From: Flectonema sp. DT1601
Lineage: Eukaryota
DNA length: 64,000 nucleotides
Assembly: GCA_964019425.1 (NCBI GenBank)
Contig: OZ025795.1
Span: 1,302,001 to 1,366,000, forward strand
Direction of reading: 5' to 3'
Shown: positions 12,073 to 22,539 of the stretch, one piece after another
Layout: each line of letters opens with the position of its first letter
Position numbering within the stretch: the first letter of the stretch is position 1
The notes under the pieces: generated by a model
Seen by the model: only the letters and a program-made list of their open reading frames with translations
Databases searched by the model: none
What the model was told of the DNA's origin: nothing
Program-made: the position numbers and the translations under genes

Positions 12073-12884
12073 GTTTTGTTTTGTTAATTTTTTATTTAGC
12101 TTTCTTTCAATTTACGAGTTTTCTTATTATTTTTCATTCTTTCTAAAGTGTGTTGTATTTTTGTTTTGTTTGTGCTCTCGCTGCTGTGAAAGCTTCAATC
12201 CAATTTATTCTATGAACCTCTTCACGGAGTAGAATTAATTTAAATATAAAATTTCTGTTCAAATATTGTTCGAATTGTAGTTCCAGGTGTTGCTTTGTAA
12301 TGAACTTATTGAGTACTGGCTTTGTGGGAATCTAATAACACCTTCTTGTCCTTCAGCGAATTACTGAAAACAACAATGCAAAATTTTTTGTTTTAATGAT
12401 GACGTTTTCCATTCGTCCTGATGATTTTGCAATGAGATAATTCTTTTTTTAGTAAAAGCAGGACTTCCTTTTTTGAGTTACAAAAAATAATTTATCGTTT
12501 TGGTTTCTCGGGGCTCACTACTTTCATTTATTTTATTTTATTTATTCATTTGTTTTGTTTTCTTTTCTCTATAGTTATCCTCATATCATTTTCTGACAAC
12601 AATCGGACAAGGTGGAAAGCTGACAATAGGCATACTGTGTTCATTATGCCCCGTCAGCCGAAGCTATAATAAAACAATCCTAATAAGATTGCAGACAACT
12701 ATCGTGGAACACGATTGCAAGATATGTATTGTCTTTTCCAAAACCTTCAAAAAGAAGAAATCCCATTGCAAGGTTCTTCATTTCTTGGGGATCTTAAAAT
12801 AGATCATTGTACAGTAGTATTGTTATCTCTTTGTGAGAATCTAATAACACCTTCTTCTCCTTCAGGAAACTACTCAAAACAGCA

Positions 12885-13594
12885 ATGCAAGTTTTTGTGA
12901 CGTGTCCGGATTTGGGATTCCCCGCAGTGTCAGTCACGACTGGTGTTGATTCCCTTGTGAGCGAAGTGTTGACGGCGGCAGCTGGGGAGTGGGATGTGGA
13001 TCCGGAGGAAGTTGAACTGTCGTTCGCTGGTGACACGCTTTGCGAAAGTGAGCGACTAGCAGATCGTGGAGTGGTTGGAGAGAGCGAGTTGGAGATGTGG
13101 AAGAAGCGGTTTCGTATATTTAGTAAATGCTGGTTTGTTGATGATTCAAAACGGGAGAAGCTGCTTCGTTGGCTAAGTGAACACAATGAGGAATACTTAT
13201 GCCTTGACACCACAACATTCACAGAGGATGGTTGCCTCAGTATTAAGGATGATTTGCTTCCTTCTGATGCCGAATGGATTTCTTTCCGCAATTCAAATCC
13301 CGACATCTCAGCCATCTCACAAGCTGTCACTATTGGAAATCGTTTCTTGTATCTTTGTTCACAAATCACTTCTCTTGATCTTTCACGTCTTAGTAGTGTC
13401 ACCACTATCGGAGATGTTTTCTTGTGTGGCTGTTCACAAATCACTTCTCTTGATCTTTCAGGTCTTAGTAGTGTCGCCACTAGGAGATTATTTCTTGTCT
13501 GAGTGTACACAAATCACTTCTCTTATTCTTTCAGGTCTTAGTAGTGTCACCACTATTGGAGATGTTTTCTTGTGTGACTGTTCACAGATCGCTT
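12885..13594 (+). pseudogene. UBL-LRR gene copy 2: 2-nt deletion near 13481, interrupted by a retrotransposon in repeat 4
   Basis: Near-identical to copy 1 at a 2418-bp offset, including ~200 bp of upstream DNA. LRR sequence stops at ...TGTTCACAGATCGCTT (13594). Confidence 0.85.
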
Positions 13595-13662
13595 GGGATC
13601 ACGACACCTGCCTCCTCGCGGCGGTCCCGGACGACTTCGATAGGGGTCGACAAAACAGTGTC
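13595..13662 (+). ncRNA. HDV-like self-cleaving ribozyme at the element 5' end
   Basis: P1 GGGAUC/GGUCCC; P2 GACAC/GUGUC; P3 GCC/GGC; L3 UCCUCGC; P1.1 CC/GG; P4 CGACUUC/GGGGUCG; candidate catalytic C at 13651 followed by AAAA. Confidence 0.8.
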
Positions 13663-16620
13663 AAACACAAGAGATGCCAACAACATCAAAACCATCAAAA
13701 CCAGCTACAACATCCAGAGCATACAAACCCTGGATGCTTCTTGTCAAATAAAGAACGGAATAAACTAGCCCATGCCTTGAATGGCAATGGTGGACCAGGA
13801 AAGGACAGCAGAGACCGACGCCCGCGAGACGATACTCGCGACAGGGACGAAAACCGTCCAAACAAGGAGGAACGCCGCATAGCGAAGCTCGAGAAAGAGA
13901 AACTCGACTCGCTAGACGAGATAGAGGAAGAGAAGCAACGACTGGGGCAGCAGAGAATGGCCATGGAACAGCACCACCACCAGAAGGAAACCAACCTTCA
14001 AGGACAAGAAAAACAGTTGGAACAGCAACGCCAACACCAACAACAAGAACTGCAAAGTCAGTACCACCAACAACAGCAGCAACTGCAGAGCCATCATCAG
14101 CTGAAGGAAGCGGAAAACCTCCAGAAGGAGCAAAACCTACAGGCTCAACTCAAGGAGCGACACCAGCACCAACAGAAGGAATTGCAGAAGCAATACCGCC
14201 AACAACAACAGCAACTGGAAAGCCAACAGCAGAAGAAGGACGCCGAGTCTGAACAGCAAACACATCTGACTCGGTCACAACTACAGAAGGAGAAGGAATC
14301 CTTCCAGACAGAGAAGGAACGGCTCCACCTCCAGCTGGATCAGCAGTTGAAGAACGAGAAGGAGCACCTCCACCAACAACTCCAACAGAAGGAAGACGAG
14401 GTTCGTAAAGAAAAGTTAGCAGAGAGAATAGAACTCCAACAACTGCGAGATGAACTAACTCAACAAGAACAGAACATCCAACGACGTGAGGAAGAGGTGA
14501 ACCGAGGACAGCACCAACTACACCAACAACAACAACAACTAGAGCAGCAGCAACAGCAATCGCAACATCAGCAACTGGAACTACAACAACAACGGCAACA
14601 ACAGCAACAGCAACAACAGCATCAACAACTGGAACTACAACAACAACAACAACAGCACCAACAACAGCATCAACAACTGGAACTGGAACAACAACAACTA
14701 CAACAGCAACAGCAACTGCAACAACATCGACAACCGCAACAACAACCGCAACAGCAACCCGTACACTACATGCAACATCAACCGTATGCAACGTACGACA
14801 CCTACGCCCAGCAGCAGCAGTCTTCCCACTACGAAGGGCTACAACAGGAACTGAAGCGCGAAAGAGAGGAGAAGAGCGAACTACGCGAGATGCTCCGAAC
14901 TCTCCAACAACAACTGGACGGATTGAGAGAAGAACTCAAGGCCCAACATGCTGAGGCGAAGAGGCAGCAGGAAACGGCGGGACGAGAAGCGAGAGAGATG
15001 CAAGAACGTTTCTTGCTAGAACTGGAAGCGGAACGGGTCCAGATCAGAGGGCTCAACTCGCTGAGAGAAGAGGAAGAGGAACATCAGATGGACACCACCC
15101 CTGATCAGGAAGCAAATACGGAAGTGAAGCAAACGCCACCGGTGAAGCTGCCCCAAGACGGCATGAGGGAGCTGGACGCCTCACGCAAGAAGCTGATGAA
15201 AGAAATCAATGAAGGGCAGGTAGCCGGACGATCGGCCATCCAAGAGCAGATGGTCCGAGAGGCCGGGAGACTGGCGCAGACTCAGAAGAGCTGGGAGAAC
15301 GCAGCACGCAAGGAGCGATCCAGAGTGGATAACCTCTCGCTGGCACCGGAATACTGGCCAGAGGGAATGGCGATCACGAAGGAGCAGTACGACGCCGGTA
15401 CAAAGGGAGTACACCTCACCACCAGAGAGGAGGCAAGGAAGAGGATGTCGGGAACACCTCCGGGAGCCTGGGAAACGTTATCCCTGGTAACCCTGGAACC
15501 ACCATCAAGCACGGCCCAAAAAGTACAAGTGGTACTGAAGGAGACGACGAGCGACGGCGAGAAGAGAATTCTCAAGCAGCTCTGGATGACAACACTGGGA
15601 AGAGTGGTTGTACCATCCGGAACAGACGTCGTGCGGACGGAAAGCACGAGGGAGATGGTTGTCCGGGTGGACAAAAAATGATCCGGAGAGAAGAGATTGT
15701 CGGAAGTGAAGCGCTCCCCGTTCAGAGCAACGGAGGAATTGAAGAAGATGCCGGGGTACGTCGATACGTACAACCCGCGGATCGGAGACCAGAGCGTCAC
15801 GGTGATGCTCAGGGTGAAGGTAGCCGAAGTGAAGAACTTCCTCCGAGAATCGGGGAAGGACGGCGTCTTCACCAAGGAAAAGGATCCGAGAGAGGAACGA
15901 GCAGTGAAGGCGGCGGTCATTTGGCTACCGAAGGACGAGACGCTCGGAATCGCTCGGGACAAGGCTGTAGAAGTCGATGGGGGGCTGGGACTCGTGGTAA
16001 ACGAACACGGACTCGGGCTTCGAGTGACCAGCTGGCAGGAAACGGCGGCGAGGGAGAAACTGCACCTGCCGGCTAAGCTACCGGAAACAAAGATCACGGG
16101 TATCCCGATCGGCACAACCACCGACGAAGCGATCAAGTGGCTGATCACGAAGGAAGGCTGGGAAGTGAGGAAGACGAAGGAAGGCGTACGGAACGGCATG
16201 CGATGGATGGTCGTCCGCGGTCCGGTGAGAACGCAGGAAACCATCACGGTGGATGGCGTCCTGTGCATGGTGGAGGCTGGGAAACAGAAGGAGGAAGTCG
16301 ACCCGAAACGGAAGGAGACCAAACGCCCGAATGCGACACCGACGAAACCAGAGAAAAGGCGTGACCCGACGGAGGGAACGGGAGGAAAGTGGTACACTCG
16401 ATTGGAGTTCATCGAGTTTCATGGGAAGAAGAAGGGACAACGCCTATGGTTAGAAGCCAGCAACCCAACACCAACTACGACGGCACCTACGAAGGCAGCG
16501 ACCGCAACGACGACAACGGAAAAGGAACCCAAGTCGACAAAAAAGAAGGAGAACAGCTCAGTGGACGAGAGATTGGACCGACTGGAACGTCTACTGATGG
16601 CGTTCATGGAACGGAATTGA
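13597..16620 (+). CDS. retrotransposon ORF1 (Gln-rich coiled coil + unknown domains); internal in-frame TGA at 15679-15681; start codon uncertain
   Basis: ORFs 13177..15681 and 15697..16620 share one frame. Poly-Q/E heptads at 13950-15080; C-terminal coiled coil VDERLDRLERLL. Confidence 0.75.
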
Positions 16621-19600
16621 CCGGCGGAGGACGGAAGGAACTGGGCGGAGACACGGAGACGTCTCCTGCTACAAGCTGGCGACGTTGAGAGGAACCCCGG
16701 ACCGAGACCACGAATCGATGGGCTCACCGTGGGAACAATCAATGTCACCACACTAGAAGGAAAAATAGATGCCATCACAGATCTGAACCTAGATCTGATA
16801 GCTCTACAGGAAACTTCTCTGACGGGCCCACAGCAACGCCAGATGAAAAAACAGCTCGGTGAGAGAGGATGGGAAGCGACGTTCGGGTTAGAGTGCAAAT
16901 TACTAACCGATGGGCAAAAGACGTGGACGGCGGCGGGAGGCGTGGCCATCTTGACGCGCACTGGTACACCGGTGAGAAGGATAAAACACGATCGGCTCGA
17001 CAACACAGGACGATTCGTACACGCGGGAGTGTCGTACGGAAATGGCAAGGTACTGCACGTTTTCTCGTTCTACGGAGACGTACGTTCGGCGGTCTACACG
17101 GAAGAGTTGATTGCGGAGATGCTCGTGGAAGCAGCAGCTCTGGGTGATGTTCCCGTATTGATAGCGGGGGACTTCAACGTCGAAACAACGGAATCGCCGG
17201 CGCTTCTGTCGGCTTTCGCACACGGACTCTGGATAGATGCCGCCGTCTCGATGGGAAACATGACACCGACAAGCGAAGCGGGAAAAGGACTTCGTAGAAT
17301 CGATGCTATTCTGATGAACCGCGGGGCGGCGACAGCAATCTCGAATGACACAACGATCCATGTGCATAAGAGTGAGCTGATCCCGACACACAAGCCGGTC
17401 ATCATTAGAAAGCTCAACATCTCACGTTACAACGAGAAGGCTCCTAGGCTGATAGTACCGAAACAGTTGGATACCTCCGAGACAACGGCCCCGAGTGAGG
17501 GGAAGGCCGAAAGGCAACTCCACTGGACGCGAGCTGTAGCGACGGAAGATCCTGACAAGATGCTGGAGGCGCTTGGAGAGATCATCGAAAGATACCTTCT
17601 GACGGGAAATCTGGAGATAAGTAACCCAGCCAAGTACAAGGGACGCGGGAAGAAGCGTGAGCCTGTGATGTGGACGAACGCGGCGAAACAAGACGGGAGA
17701 GGAGCGACGTGCAGGGAAACGCGAAGAAGACTGCAGAAGATACGTGTTCTGGAGGAAGTGATGAAAATCACAAAGCAACGCGATGGTCCGACGGTGCCGT
17801 CCCACGAAGTAATGAAACTCTGGAAAAAATTACGAAAACTCGATCCGACGACGGGATCCGAAATACCACAGACGGAGGAGCTTCGGATACTACTACAACA
17901 AGCGAGACAGGAGCAAGCGATAGAAAGCAAGAAGCTCCGAACTGAACGCATCCGCATGTGGAAACGGAATGTTGTCGACAATTGGAATGACGACCGCACG
18001 AAAGTTTTCCAGTGGATCAGGAACGTCGAGCAATCGAAGACTGTTCTGATGGAAAAGGCAGATGGAAGCTGGACGGCCAACTGCTCCGAGATGGATGAGG
18101 CCATGCACGCGGCATGGGACCCCATACTCAAAAAGTACTTATCAGACCCGGAACCAGACTGGATGAAGTTCGAAGAACGGTACAGCATCCTAACTACATC
18201 GAGGAACACCCGATGCGATGCGAAGATATCACCGGGGAGGACGTTGCAAAAGCCCTCAGAAGGACTAGCTCGCGCAAAGCAGCTGGGGTAGACGGCTTCA
18301 GGATATCGGAGCTCAAGTCGCTACCGGAGGACATGATTCAGATGATAGCGGAATTCTACAACATAGTGGAGAGAACACACTGGCCGGAAGCACTTCTCAC
18401 GGCACTGGTGTCGGCCATACCCAAAGGGGCAGGGACGAAACTACTGGAGCAGAGACCCATTACGGTGACATCCGCACTTTACAGACTATGGGGCTGTATA
18501 CGTATGGAAAAGGATGTAATGGAGTGGCAAGAGAAGTGGGCTCACGACGGGCAGTACGGCTACCGGAAGGGGAGATCTACGCTCGACCTCAGCTGGAAGA
18601 TAGCACTAGACGTGGAACACGCAACTCTCTACGGAGAAGAGATTGCTGGAGTGACCACGGACTTCAGGAAGTGTTTCGACCTGATCCCGCACGACATCCT
18701 CCTGAAATTGGTGAAGGAATTGGGCCTCGGTGATAAGATCCTGAGAACTGTGACGGATGTCTACCGGCGACTCAGAAGGAGATTCAAGTTCCCGAGCGGC
18801 GTCGGAGAAGAATTTGCCACCACCAACGGAATACTGCAAGGATGTCCGCTCAGCGTGGTGCTCTTCAATGCGCTGAGCTCGATACTCAGCAAAGCAATCG
18901 AGAGGGAAGCCGATGTGACGCCCGGATCGTATGCGGACGACCTGACGTTGTTTGGATCACGAACGAAGCTACAAGAAGGCGTAGAAGTCGTTGCGGAGTT
19001 CTGCACCCTGACCGGACAAGAACTCGCACCTCAGAAGTGCAAGTGGTTCTCGAACAGAGACCAGGGCCAGACCAACATCACAATGGGGGACACAACACTG
19101 GACTTCGATGACAGTGTCGATATCGTGGGATGCCACCTCAGTATGAAAGGAACCACCAAGCAGATGGGGAGGATCACGGAAGAAGTGCTCGATAGAGCGA
19201 GGCGAATCCGGTTACTTCCGCTCAGATATCAAGCGAAGGAACAGATAGCTGCAGCTAGTGTCATGCCCAAGGCGCTCTTCGGAACGGCACTGTACGATCC
19301 CGATGCGACGCGACTCGGACTGCTGAGAAGAGCAATGGCAACGGGGATTTTCCGGAAACTTGGAGGGAAAAGAACTAAGATGTCGCACACCATGGGCCTA
19401 ACGCTACTCTGCAAGGGACATTGTGTGGATCCCGCGACGTACATTAGGTACAATAGACTCCTTGCACTCACCAGAATGCTACCGAAGCTAACTGAGAGGA
19501 TACGCAGGGTATGGGAACACCTGCAAGAGCACACTGAAGCGACGAGAGGACCAGTCGGCCTCGCCCTGAGTACTCTGAAGGAACTTGGATGGGAATGGTC

Positions 19601-19919
19601 AACTTTCTCGGTCTTCGAAGGTCCGGGAGGGACGACCGAACACGGAAGGCTGGATGCGGGGCGCTGGCGGCACGATGTCAGAGAGGCGTGCAGGCGTTTC
19701 ACCTGGAACAAAACAATTGCGGAAACGAGACGGGTAAACCTGAGAGGTATTGAAGCGGGCATCGACCGGAAAGAGACCCTGAAGGTCCTGAAGGAAGGAA
19801 AGGGCGACCCCTACCTGCGCGGAGTAGTGAAGCACTGCCTCCTGGACAACGTGTACACTGGCTCGATGAAGGCGGGAAACAAGAACTGCGCGCACTGCGA
19901 GGAGGTTGACGACGTAGAG
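16621..19919 (+). CDS. retrotransposon ORF2: 2A-like peptide, AP endonuclease, reverse transcriptase, partial zinc knuckle; one frameshift near 18190
   Basis: Frame is open from 16621: PAEDGRNWAETRRRLLLQAGDVERNPGP, then APE. RT continues in the 18114..19940 frame. Confidence 0.88.
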
Positions 19920-19939
19920 AGTACATCTGTTGACTTGTG

Positions 19940-20200
19940 AAACTTTGAATGAGGAAACTAAAGAACCTGACAATGTAGTGACACATACTCAACAGGAGCT
20001 GATTGAATTATTAAATTAATAAAAAGGATCGTTTAGAATATGTAAAGACTGGAGTTAGGAAATATTTATTATAGACTCAGTAGATGAGGTAATACGAAAG
20101 GACAAAATCCAACTACTCTGAATTCTTGAAAAATGAGGAACCCAAAACCTTTGACTTCACTGCTATGTATAGCAACCCAAAGCAGAGAAGCGTTGGTGGA
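19940..20200 (+). pseudogene. degenerate Penelope-like reverse transcriptase fragment
   Basis: With frameshifts it reads KTGVRKY-IIDSVDEVI...PKTFDFTAMYSN, resembling the Penelope-type RT motif TFDFxxLYTxI. Confidence 0.5.
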
Positions 20201-20630
20201 ATCATTTTTAAATTTTCGGGTAAGAAACATATTGCAGAGCACGTGGAAAAATCCAAGACTTTTTTTTTACAGATGGAGGGGCTTTTAACCCAATTATACT
20301 TCACCCCCCTCTCAGGAATTACCGAACAAGATTAAAGGCTCAATTGTATTTTTTTAATATTCTGATTTAGTACAACTATCTTATAATAATCTCATATTGT
20401 TACCCCAACCAGAGACTAATCTTGTACATTTAGCAGATAGTATGTTCCGACACTTATGTTGTTGTGTAAGGTTTGTTTTCTTTTACTCTTTTTCTTATTG
20501 TGTTATTATCTCATAACGTTTTTTATATAATGTATTCTGTCCGATCACTATGTGTAATTTCTTTCCTACAAACCAAACTACCACCAACAGAGGGATCTCT
20601 GGGGGTGCAAAGGTGGATCCGCCTACTGCA

Positions 20631-21752
20631 ATGGCACGTAAAACTTATGATGAACAGGAATTAGTGCTCAGCAGAGAGCCACCATTGTCATTGATTGTTT
20701 TTAGACATCAGGTTCAGGGAGTAGAATGTCGTTCATTTGTGACATCTGGACTTATGAAGTTCTCTCATCGTGAAATTGTTTTCACATTTAAATTGACGGA
20801 TAAACAGATTAAACAATCTAAGATAACTGAAGAGTTTGAAGTTAATAAGGATGTACCAAATGGATTAGTAGATCTTGTTCATATTATAGTCGTGTATGCT
20901 TCTCAGGGGAAATTGGCAACTGGGGGTCGCATGACGAGATTACATCCAACTAATGGTCAGGGACTCTTTGGAAATAATTTTAGAGGAATTCTTTATTATC
21001 CATGTCAAGGTGAGCGATTTCCAGCAGGTGGTCTCCAAGCCTTTGCACTAACACATGCCGAGATAGAAATAGTAGATCGTGTTGGGCCAGTTAGGTTTAT
21101 GTCTTCGTTGGGGCAAGCACATCGTCAATTCCCAACTGTTCCATGGATTGATACTGAACGATCAGCAATGTTAGGAACCAAAAAATGGCTTGAATCGTCG
21201 TTAATCAGAGAATTAGGTTTGTCCTCATCGATTGCATCAACATTTATATGTCTCCAAACCCAATTACCTGGTGCACCAGTGGTATCTTCAAATACAACAA
21301 ATGGTTGTCATGATTACACTTGGGATCGTAGCAATTCTAGTCAAAGAGCAGTGTTAATTTATAGCAAAGATCTGTGCTCTTACTTGGAAGAAAATAGAAT
21401 GGAATCTCCACGAAAGACATCTTTTGGTTTGTTTTCATTTCCCACCAGAGATGTCAGTCACATTCTGACTTATCCTATCACATCTGCTGATCGCTCTAAC
21501 AATAATATAGATGCAATTATGGGTGGGAACTATAGAGACACTGGGGTAACGAGTATGTTGGGAAATTTTTTCTTGTTTACAGAAAGTAATAATACTCCTC
21601 AGGGTGCTGTGAAAGTCGAAGATGGTTTTTGCATTTTTGTTCCCTCTGTCGAACGTATCATTGACGCAATTATCAACAAAGAGAACGTGAAAATTGAGGC
21701 ATCCGATGAGGCAATGCCACTACACCTGGTGTATCTAAAAGACAACCAATAA
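20631..21752 (+). CDS. stand-alone DUF3480 / SARA-endofin C-terminal-like protein (upstream in-frame ATG at 20550 also possible)
   Basis: FVTSGL..FSHREIVF, RFMSSLGQAHRQFPTVPW, KVEDGFCIFV resemble ZFYVE9/16 C-terminal motifs; no FYVE domain. Confidence 0.6.
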   Translation: MARKTYDEQELVLSREPPLSLIVFRHQVQGVECRSFVTSGLMKFSHREIVFTFKLTDKQIKQSKITEEFEVNKDVPNGLVDLVHIIVVYASQGKLATGGRMTRLHPTNGQGLFGNNFRGILYYPCQGERFPAGGLQAFALTHAEIEIVDRVGPVRFMSSLGQAHRQFPTVPWIDTERSAMLGTKKWLESSLIRELGLSSSIASTFICLQTQLPGAPVVSSNTTNGCHDYTWDRSNSSQRAVLIYSKDLCSYLEENRMESPRKTSFGLFSFPTRDVSHILTYPITSADRSNNNIDAIMGGNYRDTGVTSMLGNFFLFTESNNTPQGAVKVEDGFCIFVPSVERIIDAIINKENVKIEASDEAMPLHLVYLKDNQ

Positions 21753-21762
21753 GCTTTAGAAC

Positions 21763-22107
21763 AGACTCTCATCTTATTATGCGGCTTTTCTTTCCAGCCG
21801 ACGCTAAGAAGCAGAGAAGAGATGTTCGAGAAAAAAAGGAAAAAAAGAAAGAACAAGATCTCCGTTTAATCAGTAGATTGGTTATAAATCTGAAGATCAC
21901 TACATCTTCAGTAATAAATTGATATGCAAATAGTTGTTCATTCTTTGAACGTATTTAAGAATGAAAACCACTTCAACTTTTATCATTTTATAAAAGACTC
22001 TTATCTCGTTGTGCGGCTTTTGTTTTTTTCCAGCCGACGTTGAGAAACTGAGAAGAGATTTCCGAGAAGGAAAAAAGAAAAGAAAAAGATCTCCGTTTAA
22101 TCGGTAG
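21763..22107 (+). repeat. diverged ~115-bp direct duplication (21763-21876 and ~21995-22107)
   Basis: Shared TGCGGCTTTT..TTCCAGCCGACG..GAGAAGAGAT..AAGATCTCCGTTTAATC.GTAG. Confidence 0.8.
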
Positions 22108-22389
22108 CTTGAGCGAACCTTCCAAAGAACTTTCATAAAAAGTCGATTGATGCCATATTTTGTTATCTCGTCTCGTACAAGGTTGCAATTCTTGGCTTCC
22201 TCACAGGTTATAGAGTTTTACTCGGTTTAGTAGGGATTAATTCTCTATCCAAACATATAGTTGGTCCGGCGCGGTTATGACCATAAACTGACTGTCATTT
22301 TACCTGATCCTTTTGTTTTCATTTCTTGCTAAGTGATATGGCTATGTATTGCCCAATTTTTGTCGCAGTACAATCATAATGCTTTAGAC

Positions 22390-22432
22390 AACTGAGGGGT
22401 GAACGATCCTCGGTATCGTTCACCCCTCAGTT
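22390..22432. repeat. perfect 18-bp inverted repeat with a 7-nt loop
   Basis: AACTGAGGGGTGAACGAT-CCTCGGT-ATCGTTCACCCCTCAGTT. Confidence 0.95.
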
Positions 22433-22539
22433 CAGTAGGTGGGCATATGGCACATCAGGTCGTATTATAAAGTAAGATGCTGAATAAGGAATAAGAAGGG
22501 TTTTTTTAATTTTCTTGACCTTCTCCTCCACTCCCAGAT

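Larger units (their letters stand above)
13595..19919 (+). mobile_element. non-LTR retrotransposon (ORF1 + 2A-APE-RT), 5'-intact, 3'-truncated
   Basis: Abrupt switch to GC/purine-rich DNA. APE motifs GTINV, ALQET, AGDFN, RRIDAIL, THKPV; RT motifs RPITV, QYGYR, DFRKCFD, GILQGCPLS, YADD; ends inside a CAHC zinc knuckle. Confidence 0.95.

Noticed and set aside
13177..13480. Start of the 834-aa ORF as a real N-terminus (likewise 10759 and 42907)
   Set aside because: These are off-frame LRR readings created by frameshifts or the insertion.
15679..16620. Genome-wide UGA-to-Trp or Sec reassignment
   Set aside because: Host ORFs end in TGA (25884, 47796, 49164) and use TGG for Trp; no SECIS-like element was seen.
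10467..19919. Classical diversity-generating retroelement
   Set aside because: The RT is a non-LTR APE-RT, and no template repeat or accessory gene is visible. Only the codon pattern is kept as a finding.
13661..19992. Many minus-strand and alternate-frame ORFs in the retroelement
   Set aside because: Shadow ORFs of GC-rich and CAA/CAG-rich coding DNA, with no motifs.
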